From a virus (taxonomy: Duplodnaviria; Caudoviricetes), in IMG/VR virus record IMGVR_UViG_3300025168_000354, positions 1-32,272 of that record: 32,272 nucleotides of DNA; one strand, given 5' to 3'. Numbering within the stretch: the first letter of the stretch is position 1; the number at the start of each line of letters is the position of its first letter. Positions 17,643 through 25,139 of this stretch are shown here, in pieces. The notes under the pieces were generated by a model. It did no database searches and was not told the origin of the DNA. It saw only the letters and a program-made list of their open reading frames with translations. The translations under genes and the position numbers were made by a program.

Positions 17643-17923
17643 TACATGCTCCTAGACGCGCTTGCGTTCTTACTTCTGATTATCTGCAATTCTGCTGATT
17701 GCAGTTGTTTGTCTGATGCCCCTGCTGCCTGGAGAACAGATAAATACGATTCGCCGTCCAATGCCGCACCAATGCCCTGTGCGGACATAAGTATCTCGGA
17801 AGCGTTTATCTTGTTCATACATGCGAGCAGTCCAATGTTTACTTCGCCCTCAGATAAGCCTCTCACCTTTGGCTTGTAACCATACGTTCGGACGAACTTA
17901 GCGTATGGCAGTGTCAGTTTCCC
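17642..17923 (-). CDS. -1 frameshift extension (T part) of the tail assembly chaperone
   Basis: The -1 frame is open from the GGGAAAC site (LTLPYAKFVRTYGYKPKVRGLSEG...) and continuous with ORF 17642..17866. Confidence 0.72.
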   Translation of the reverse strand, partial: GKLTLPYAKFVRTYGYKPKVRGLSEGEVNIGLLACMNKINASEILMSAQGIGAALDGESYLSVLQAAGASDKQLQSAELQIIRSKNASASRSM

Positions 17924-18186
17924 AGTTGTTCCATCCTCATGATTGCTTTAGAGGCAACTGCAAACAACTCGTATTTGGTCACCTCATCCAGGCTATCGCC
18001 TTCGGGTGTCCAAGAAATGTCTCTCATAATCTCGTCTATTTGCGAGATAGTGGGATTCTCGCCCTCTTGAAGTCCGGCTTCCATAATCTTTCCAGACAAC
18101 TCAAAGGCGTCCACATACACCGTGCATTTGTCTTTGACCTGAACCTCAAAGGTATGGTCATCGTTCTCCGTGTTAATGATTGGCAT
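17914..18186 (-). CDS. tail assembly chaperone (lambda gpG-like)
   Basis: Acidic 90-aa ORF after the tail tube gene, GAAGGAGG RBS, ends in ...CTG GGA AAC TGA. Confidence 0.72.
   Translation of the reverse strand: MPIINTENDDHTFEVQVKDKCTVYVDAFELSGKIMEAGLQEGENPTISQIDEIMRDISWTPEGDSLDEVTKYELFAVASKAIMRMEQLGN
17917..17923 (-). promoter_or_regulatory. programmed -1 ribosomal frameshift slippery site G GGA AAC
   Basis: X XXY YYZ heptamer in the correct phase immediately before the stop codon. Confidence 0.78.
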
Positions 18187-18213
18187 CAGCCACCTCCTTC
18201 AAAGGTTTATGAA

Positions 18214-18735
18214 TTACGATTCAACGAACAGAATACCATTTGAATTCCTGACGGCTTTGAATGACACGATCAGCTTCTTCGGGGCATTCCCCCAGTTCGT
18301 CTCTTGAATCGAGTCAACGTAGCACTTTAGGAATTGATAAGAAGTACCAGTAAACCCAGTGCTACTTGTCGCAAGAACTCTTACTTGGAAATTCTGCACA
18401 TGAGTAAAAGTTGCATTGAACTGGTCTTGTCCGATTGTTCCCAGAGTGCCAGTACCGTTTGAGTGCATGGTTGTTCTGAGATTATCAACGATGGCTTCAT
18501 CCCATTTAATGAGAGTTGCCGAGATCGTAGCAATAGTGCCCTGGTAGATCATGGCCGCCGGTTCTCGGCCTTTTTCAGACGAGAAATACGGGTCCATTAG
18601 TTCTTCATAACTAATGCTAATCAGGTCACTGTTGTCTGTGATTCCAAGCTCAGCCGTAATTGCGCTTACACTTGTTTCTACTGCTTGTGCCAAACATAGT
18701 TTTGTAGGTCCAGCGATATTGATTGCGGTTGCCAT
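18214..18735 (-). CDS. major tail tube protein (putative)
   Basis: 173 aa, MATAINIAGP...ELG.T, beta-rich. Sits between the neck genes and the chaperone. Confidence 0.65.
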   Translation of the reverse strand: MATAINIAGPTKLCLAQAVETSVSAITAELGITDNSDLISISYEELMDPYFSSEKGREPAAMIYQGTIATISATLIKWDEAIVDNLRTTMHSNGTGTLGTIGQDQFNATFTHVQNFQVRVLATSSTGFTGTSYQFLKCYVDSIQETNWGNAPKKLIVSFKAVRNSNGILFVES

Positions 18736-18742
18736 GGTGTTT

Positions 18743-19300
18743 CTACCTTATCTTGTTTGCTATTGCATCACCAATTGCACGTTTCAACTCTTGAACGTCT
18801 TCTGGTGGAAGGTTAAAAATCTTGCGTTGCGGAACGGTCACGCCATTCCATGCCATAAAGTAATCCTTGCCTTCCACCAGTCCTTCTTCAGCCGGGTCAT
18901 TGCCCTTCTGATGAATCCTCCTGGCTTTCAGTGTCAAGGGAATGAAGTTCGGCCCCTCGGTCTTGTAACCGTACTGGTGGTAAACACCGTATCCAGCACC
19001 GTCCTTGAGTGACATCGTAAACTTGTCTGAGCTTGAAACGACTTCACCATGCAGCCCGGCCATAAGTTGACCGTTGTCCTGCAACGGGTTGCCTCCAGAC
19101 CTGTAGTGACCTGAAACCTTGTTTGCCCACAAGTCAGGATATTGATGCGTCGAATCGCCTTTGTTCTTGATCCGGCGAACGGCCTGGCCTCGAAGAATGC
19201 CTTTTAGACCTTCGTGATTGTTCAACGCACCAAGAGCCTTCTTTTTGAGAATGCTCTTCAGCCTGGGAAGCTCGTCGGCTCTGATGCGAATAGTCGCCAT
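18743..19300 (-). CDS. phage virion morphogenesis protein (Mu gpG / P2 gpS-like)
   Basis: Basic protein with PLQDNGQL, YGVYHQYG and VPQR.IF motifs. Confidence 0.78.
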   Translation of the reverse strand: MATIRIRADELPRLKSILKKKALGALNNHEGLKGILRGQAVRRIKNKGDSTHQYPDLWANKVSGHYRSGGNPLQDNGQLMAGLHGEVVSSSDKFTMSLKDGAGYGVYHQYGYKTEGPNFIPLTLKARRIHQKGNDPAEEGLVEGKDYFMAWNGVTVPQRKIFNLPPEDVQELKRAIGDAIANKIR

Positions 19301-19797
19301 TAATACGCTCTATCCTGGCGAGGCGGGAAATACTCAGAATCCGACACCATGTTGATCCGGCCACGGTTGGCGTTGCTTATCAACGAAATAGCAGCCTTGC
19401 CAGCCGAAGCTATGGTTCCAAGGTTGAATATACGCTCGCCTTTGCCCAACGCCTCACAGGTCGCTGTAGCCTCGTCAATCATCGCCTGAACGTCCGGAGG
19501 AGCTGAAGTAGCCTTACCCCGAAACAAATGCTTTACCGTCAGAGTGGCACACAGCCCCTTCAGGGACCAATCATCTGCTGCGTAAATCGTGTCTAGGTTT
19601 TCAGACGTATACCGCTCGCCTCGAAGTGCATAAGACTGGATTTCTCCAGAAGCCTTCTCGATAGCGTTCAAAGCCACCGCGTTTGTTTCGTCGCCAAGCG
19701 CAGATGGAGTACCTGAGTAGGAACACAACTGGCCGAGCATGCGAGTATCAAACGATTCTTTCAGTTCTGCGATTGTCACGTACTTGGTTTGTGCCAT
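19300..19797 (-). CDS. head-tail adaptor (Mu gp36/DUF1320-like)
   Basis: YVTIAEL...F....L.QL...AIEKASGEI.SY...RY pattern. First gene after the major capsid gene. Confidence 0.78.
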   Translation of the reverse strand: MAQTKYVTIAELKESFDTRMLGQLCSYSGTPSALGDETNAVALNAIEKASGEIQSYALRGERYTSENLDTIYAADDWSLKGLCATLTVKHLFRGKATSAPPDVQAMIDEATATCEALGKGERIFNLGTIASAGKAAISLISNANRGRINMVSDSEYFPPRQDRAY

Positions 19798-19815
19798 TTA
19801 TTACTTCTCCAACCC

Positions 19816-19850
19816 AAAGCGGGTAGAGGCCATTGCTGACCCCTACCCGC
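19816..19850 (-). terminator. intrinsic terminator/attenuator after the major capsid gene
   Basis: On -: GCGGGTAGGGGTCA-GCAA-TGGCCTCTACCCGC, a 14-bp stem with two G-U pairs and a GNRA loop, followed by a short TTT. Confidence 0.75.
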
Positions 19851-19893
19851 CGTGAAGGGGTGGGCTAATGCCCGATTGTGGAGGTCAGTCCAA

Positions 19894-20922
19894 TCAGTCA
19901 ACGCAATCTGTCAGGAGGAAGCCAGAGAGCGGAGCCGTGAGAACGATTGCCGAATCATCGACAACGCGACCACGGGTACGCCGGTTCCAGGTGTCATCCA
20001 TCGTCTCAACCGTCATGTCTTCATAAGCCATGCAAGTAATAGTTGAGAAATCGGGGACGCCTTCCTGGCCCAACAATCCGCCTGGGCGACTGACGAATGC
20101 AATGTCATCCTCGAAGATCGAGCTTCGAGCAGTGGTCACACCCTTGCGATTAGTAACCTTAGTGGTCGTGTCAACAACGATGCCACCGATTCCGAAGAAG
20201 CTCGAGAGCAATGAATACTCATCAAACTCACCAGCACCCTTAACGAATCCAGCCGCGAAAGGCGAACCGTTGAAGTAGGTGTGGTACTCTTCAGTTTCCG
20301 TGATCTGATGAGCGGTGTCTGCGCTCATGATTGCCACGATGTCACTGGGCTTGACGGCTTCGCCGGTGTTGCTAAGGATTCGCTCAACAACGCCGTTGAA
20401 TGCCTTCTGGATGAAGTAGTTCGTTCCAGAAGAAGCGTCCAGCTTGCCGCCACCAAAGTCAGCATGGTTACAAGCTGAAGTTGCCAGGGCAGGCCAGTTA
20501 CCTGAAGTGATCAGGGTCGTTGCTGCTCGCATGGAACGAAGACGCATAGCCTTTGAGGCTGCGATTCGTGCGTGTGCTGCAACAATGTCCCAATCAGCAT
20601 TGGATACCGAACGGTGTCCAAGGGTGAAAGGTTGAGCAAATCTTTCAGTGGTGAAAGATGTGAACTCGTGATCTACCGAACCGCCTTCAGGAGCGTCGTT
20701 GCCGTCACGCCAAACGAAGTCGTTTGTGCTTACGAGTCGGCTTGACTCTTCTTCGTCGATTGACAGGAAATATCCCGTACTCTTGGAAACTGGGACCAGC
20801 TTGCAATATTGAGTTACTGGGAACGAATTGGGGGAACGGGTGAATTCAACTTGAATCTGCCCCGTCGCCTCTGAAAATGTGGGGACGAATGTGTTTCCGC
20901 CACCTGGTGCGACTTCTGCCAT
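19894..20922 (-). CDS. major capsid protein
   Basis: 342 aa. Follows the protease/scaffold and decoration genes, has a GAGGA RBS and is followed by a strong hairpin. Confidence 0.82.
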   Translation of the reverse strand: MAEVAPGGGNTFVPTFSEATGQIQVEFTRSPNSFPVTQYCKLVPVSKSTGYFLSIDEEESSRLVSTNDFVWRDGNDAPEGGSVDHEFTSFTTERFAQPFTLGHRSVSNADWDIVAAHARIAASKAMRLRSMRAATTLITSGNWPALATSACNHADFGGGKLDASSGTNYFIQKAFNGVVERILSNTGEAVKPSDIVAIMSADTAHQITETEEYHTYFNGSPFAAGFVKGAGEFDEYSLLSSFFGIGGIVVDTTTKVTNRKGVTTARSSIFEDDIAFVSRPGGLLGQEGVPDFSTITCMAYEDMTVETMDDTWNRRTRGRVVDDSAIVLTAPLSGFLLTDCVD

Positions 20923-20955
20923 TGTTTTATTCCTCTAAATAGTGAAAGGGTCAGA

Positions 20956-21360
20956 TTAGGAAAGTGCTGGTCGGATAGCCTGGGGCATCCACAACATACG
21001 AATGATTGCGCCAGATGCTCCAGATTCCAAAGCAACCCCAATGTGGTATTGGAGAGTTGCGCCAGATGTTGCAGCTTCAACAGCCTTGCCATCACCGTCA
21101 GTCTTCAGACCGTTGCCGCGAGTTACAGAACCGCCGCATTCAATCAGAAGCACGTTTCCGGTTTGGAGAGAAACCTGATCATTTGCTTCAGCGTGATTTG
21201 CTGAGTCAAAGGACTTAGTGTCTCCGCCGACAACGCCCATGCTGAGATTGTTTGCGTTGGATTCGCCGCAAGCGTTGTCCGCGCTTCCGGTTGGTGCAAC
21301 TGCGCGATAGGGGCGAATGGTCCCTACTGCAACAAGGTTTGGTGTGTGTTGATTAGCCAT
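20956..21360 (-). CDS. capsid decoration/cement protein (DUF2190-like)
   Basis: G.I.PYRAV, IECGGSVTRG..L..DGDGKAV and GVALE.GA.G.II motifs. Confidence 0.78.
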   Translation of the reverse strand: MANQHTPNLVAVGTIRPYRAVAPTGSADNACGESNANNLSMGVVGGDTKSFDSANHAEANDQVSLQTGNVLLIECGGSVTRGNGLKTDGDGKAVEAATSGATLQYHIGVALESGASGAIIRMLWMPQAIRPALS

Positions 21361-21384
21361 TAGTTTGTCTCCTGTGTCGGGCTA

Positions 21385-22746
21385 TCAGCCGGACTTCAAT
21401 TCTTGTTCAAAGACCTGCTGGAACTTATCCGAGTCCAGGTTCTCTTTTGTCATACGGACTACAGCGCGGTCGGATGCCGCTTTACGATCTTCTGATGAAT
21501 ACTCAGATTTGCCGCTGACTCGAGCATTTGTCATATTCAAACGCTTGCCAATCGGGTTCTTCTTGAGGGTTGCACGCCAGAACTTGAGCTTAGCCTCAAC
21601 GTCCTTAGTAGCGAGCAGTTCATCCATCATGTGATTGCGATGCTCTCGGACTCGGTAGCCAGCAGCTTGCAGTGCGTCCAGTTCCTTAGAGAACTTGGCC
21701 TTGCGGAGCTTCATGCCCAGGCCACGCGCTACCTTGCGGTATGCGTTTCGCTGAACTTTGAGCTTCTTAAAACGAGCAATGACTTCTTTGCCATTCTTGG
21801 TTCGACGAATCTTCGAGTACATTTCTTTGTCCTCGTCTTCTTCGTCTTCCTCGTCATAATGAGCTTCTTCGGCTTCCTCGTCATAATGGGATTTGCCGGA
21901 CATCATTTCGTCGTCTTCGTCCTCGTCCATTCCCATCATCATTTCTTCGTCATCTTCGTCATCGCCATTGAGCTGCATTTTGAGCTGCTCCAGGTCTTCA
22001 CGAAGGGTGTCATTCTCAGCACGAAGCTTGGCGATGAGATCCTTGTCATCACCGTCATGCTCGATCGTCATGCGACCGTCATTTTCTTCAGGCATGTCAT
22101 GTTCCTTCTTTTCACAGTCCGCCATACCGGGGACAAAAGTGTTAGACCCGCCTGGAGCAACCTCAGAAAAGGTAACAGGACGGGTATACGTTGATTTTTC
22201 GCCAGTCTTGGCGAACCGTGTGTCTCGTAGGGGACGGGCTGGCGTTTCCCGGCCAAGCAAAGCAACTTCGCTCATGTGGCCGTCTTTCCAAATCTCAGCA
22301 GAACGACGAGGGAAACGGTTGGAGGAAATGTACTCCTCGAAGTCAGACTTCGACATTACAACATCACCAACGATACCAGGCCCGCTGTAATTCTCCCCGT
22401 CGCCGGTATTGATGTAGATATCCTTGCGACCAATGTTGACGATATCGCCAAGAGCTTCAGGAGGGCAATCTTTGCCTTCTTCCTGATGAAGCATAACCAG
22501 CTTAGGGTTGCTTCCTGCGCTCATGTGAGCTTTGGTGCGAGTAATGATCTTCTCAATAGCCTCATCGTCCAAATCATCCATACCCGAATCATCCGCATCG
22601 AAGCCAGGGATGTGGCCTACAAATAGTTCGAGGTCGTGGATCGTGACCTTATCCCCGTTTTCGGATACTTGATGAGACGGATTAGAAATAGTTGCTTCTG
22701 CGGCCTGCATTTCAGCGTTCATACTAGATATTTCGTCCTTTGTCAC
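21385..22746 (-). CDS. prohead protease / scaffold fusion (Mu I/Z-like)
   Basis: N-terminal protease-like H...G.I...FPRRSAEI...VALLG..PA motifs; acidic coiled-coil C-terminal half. Confidence 0.75.
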   Translation of the reverse strand: MTKDEISSMNAEMQAAEATISNPSHQVSENGDKVTIHDLELFVGHIPGFDADDSGMDDLDDEAIEKIITRTKAHMSAGSNPKLVMLHQEEGKDCPPEALGDIVNIGRKDIYINTGDGENYSGPGIVGDVVMSKSDFEEYISSNRFPRRSAEIWKDGHMSEVALLGRETPARPLRDTRFAKTGEKSTYTRPVTFSEVAPGGSNTFVPGMADCEKKEHDMPEENDGRMTIEHDGDDKDLIAKLRAENDTLREDLEQLKMQLNGDDEDDEEMMMGMDEDEDDEMMSGKSHYDEEAEEAHYDEEDEEDEDKEMYSKIRRTKNGKEVIARFKKLKVQRNAYRKVARGLGMKLRKAKFSKELDALQAAGYRVREHRNHMMDELLATKDVEAKLKFWRATLKKNPIGKRLNMTNARVSGKSEYSSEDRKAASDRAVVRMTKENLDSDKFQQVFEQELKSG

Positions 22747-22764
22747 CGTTTTTGTGGAAGGTTC

Positions 22765-22968
22765 TTACCAGTTTGCGGTCGTTGCCGATTGCTGTCGGTT
22801 GTTGCTCATGGCGAACATAAACCGATCTAGCTCGCTCTGTTTGATGCGCCATTGAAGCCCAACCTTGTAACCAGCAAGCACGCCCTTCTTTAAGAGGCGA
22901 TAAATCGTATCGTCCGACACTCTCATGCGGGACGCGACTTCTTGAAGTGTTAGTTGCTTGTCTTCCAT
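22765..22968 (-). CDS. excisionase-like HTH (HTH_17) DNA-binding protein
   Basis: LTLQEVASRMRVSDDTIYRLLKKG.L.GYKVG.QWRI...ELDRF. ATG at 22968, just after the MuF stop. Confidence 0.85.
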   Translation of the reverse strand: MEDKQLTLQEVASRMRVSDDTIYRLLKKGVLAGYKVGLQWRIKQSELDRFMFAMSNNRQQSATTANW

Positions 22969-22970
22969 GA

Positions 22971-24848
22971 CTACGCTGCCTGGACGGAGTTTGTGAATCC
23001 TGGATCGGGATATTCCCCGCGATCTATGTAGCCCTGGCGATTGCCGTTGTACCGCTCGAGAGCTTTCCAATTGATTTCCCCGTCATCGCCCACCAGGCCA
23101 AGGTTTTCCGCCTCGGTCCAAGATACGACACGAACGGTCCCCCTGCAATTGAAGCCGTTAGGGGGAGCCAGCTGCAAGCGGTCGAAATACTCAACCGTAT
23201 TGATGTATCCATCCATTGCCGCGTGGTGATCTCGAGAACGAGGATCTTGTATTTCTACGATCATTGCAAGGGGTGCAACGCTTTTGACCTCCGGCGACCG
23301 CATAGAGGACATATGTCCTTCATTGAAGGCACTTTGCAGGTTTGTACGGTAGATGGTTTCAAGTCGTGCAGCCGTAAGATTTTGCGCGCCCTCAAGCCAT
23401 GCCCGGCTAATAAACTCTGGCAAGGTCATACGGTCATCTGGCATGACACCGCGCATCGCCTGGGCAATCATGTCTTGCATATTGATCGTAATTGTCTTCT
23501 TCTCTTCTTTTGTACCTTTAAGATCAGAAACCCAAAAACCATGCCCTAAAGACTTTGATATCGCATTCGTTTGGGCATCAAGCTTGGCGACCACGCCCAT
23601 GCGTTCAGCCATGGCAATATCGGCGGCTTGCTGCTTGGCAATAGCAGCGATGTGCGGGACGTTGTGAGCCAGCATCGGAACGCGATCTTCAAACAGGTCA
23701 ATCGCCTCCTGGAACGGCTCTGGAGCGAACTCCTCGAATCCAACCTCCATCGGCCAATCTTCCTTGGCGTAGGTTTCCTTGGCGTGCGTGATCTTGGGAT
23801 TGTCGGGGTCAAACTCGCCTGTGTTGCCAATGGATGACTTGATTTGAGTAGGTTTAAATACGGCTATCGTATCTAACGACGATCCTTCAGAACCGCTTTC
23901 GGAAAGCCAAATTCCATCAAACCCCATGCCTTTGATTTGCTGTATTACCTCTTCTTGTTCATACGCAACCCAGTTACCACGATTTGCGGCCTCTTCCATC
24001 GCTTTAGATTTCCAAGAAATCAAGTCTTTGTGTTTTCTGGGATCAAACGGATTTTGTGCTGACAGATGAACTGGAATTACTCGAATGTCCGCCATGCTTT
24101 CAAACTCAAGATAAGAATCAAAGCCATATCTGCTTGTCATTCGTCTTCCTACTTCTTTTCGCATTTCGTCGTACTTTTTTAATCCTTCTTCTGATGAAAG
24201 GTCAATGTTTTCAATTCCCAATTCATTAAATATTTCGTCTTCATATGTCCGCATTTCTTTTTTCTTATCGCGGACTTCTTGGGATGGTTCACGCATAAAC
24301 CCACCCGATCCTTGAATCCAGTTTGAAGCAAATAAAGGATCAACGGAAAAGAAATACATCTCATCCATTCCGGGTCGTGGTTTAAACTCATCAAACGTTT
24401 TTTTTGTCCCGTGGTAGACCACCAACGGCTCGCCGTCATCGTCCACCACCTTCGAGTCACCAAACCACGCCTTGAACTCTGGCGTTGAAGTCTTGTGCCG
24501 TGATTCGCCTGGTTCAGCCTTACCGTCACCATCGCCAGAACAGGTGTTCCCTGGCTGGAAGCCGCCGCCGCCCTCGGCGTTAGCACCGCATCCGGGTTTA
24601 GCGTAGGTCGCCTTGTCGGAGAAGAAATCAGCACCAGCTATTTCAGCGTCCTCAATGACCTGAGACAAACCCAACAGGTAGGAAAGCAGAATAGCGCGAG
24701 CCGTGACAAGCTCGAAGTCGTGCCAGGCTCGGCCATCTGCCCTTCCTTCAATAGTCGATGCGACCGCCTCAATGTATGGAACGACGCTTTCCTCGAAAGC
24801 AGCCGCCATAAGGTCATCAAACTCTTTGTCTGTATGAACCTTTGCCAA
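22971..24848 (-). CDS. MuF (Mu gp30/SPP1 gp7-like) minor head protein with an internal ART-PolyVal-like ADP-ribosyltransferase domain
   Basis: C-terminal MuF motifs RLETIYRTNLQSAFNEG, D.RSR..H..MDG, PPNGFNCR. Internal TPEFKAWFGDSKVVD..GEPLVVYHGT...FFS...PVHL...NP...GFDGI...VF.PTQIKS.IGN.G.FD. Confidence 0.85.
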   Translation of the reverse strand: MAKVHTDKEFDDLMAAAFEESVVPYIEAVASTIEGRADGRAWHDFELVTARAILLSYLLGLSQVIEDAEIAGADFFSDKATYAKPGCGANAEGGGGFQPGNTCSGDGDGKAEPGESRHKTSTPEFKAWFGDSKVVDDDGEPLVVYHGTKKTFDEFKPRPGMDEMYFFSVDPLFASNWIQGSGGFMREPSQEVRDKKKEMRTYEDEIFNELGIENIDLSSEEGLKKYDEMRKEVGRRMTSRYGFDSYLEFESMADIRVIPVHLSAQNPFDPRKHKDLISWKSKAMEEAANRGNWVAYEQEEVIQQIKGMGFDGIWLSESGSEGSSLDTIAVFKPTQIKSSIGNTGEFDPDNPKITHAKETYAKEDWPMEVGFEEFAPEPFQEAIDLFEDRVPMLAHNVPHIAAIAKQQAADIAMAERMGVVAKLDAQTNAISKSLGHGFWVSDLKGTKEEKKTITINMQDMIAQAMRGVMPDDRMTLPEFISRAWLEGAQNLTAARLETIYRTNLQSAFNEGHMSSMRSPEVKSVAPLAMIVEIQDPRSRDHHAAMDGYINTVEYFDRLQLAPPNGFNCRGTVRVVSWTEAENLGLVGDDGEINWKALERYNGNRQGYIDRGEYPDPGFTNSVQAA

Positions 24849-24851
24849 TCG

Positions 24852-25136
24852 CTAATCCTTGCGCTTGTCTTCGTCGTCCAGTTTACCCAGGCGTTCCCAG
24901 TCCGGGTTCATGTCGTTCAACAGTCGTATCATCGTCTCGAGGCGGATAATCGAGTTATCCAATGCCCTGGTGCGGTCGATCAGCTTCGTGATCATATTCC
25001 ACTGGGCATCCATCTTGTGCATCAGCGTATTCATCATCCACCGTCCCAACAGGTAGATGCCACCCATCAGGGCAATCGCTATGAATACGGGGAAGCCAAG
25101 AGTCTCGATAACTTTGATGATTTCAGAACCTTGCAC
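24852..25136 (-). CDS. small membrane protein, holin-like
   Basis: IETLGFPVFIAIALMGGIYLL transmembrane helix followed by a coiled coil. Confidence 0.6.
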   Translation of the reverse strand: MQGSEIIKVIETLGFPVFIAIALMGGIYLLGRWMMNTLMHKMDAQWNMITKLIDRTRALDNSIIRLETMIRLLNDMNPDWERLGKLDDEDKRKD

Positions 25137-25139
25137 TGT

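Noticed and set aside
21830-21970. TCGTC/TCATC-rich tandem-like DNA
   Set aside because: Explained by the Asp/Glu/Met-rich low-complexity linker of the scaffold.
23763-24608. Intein or homing endonuclease as the identity of the MuF insert
   Set aside because: No C-terminal HN-C/S/T splice junction and no LAGLIDADG or HNH motifs. The ART-like motifs fit better.
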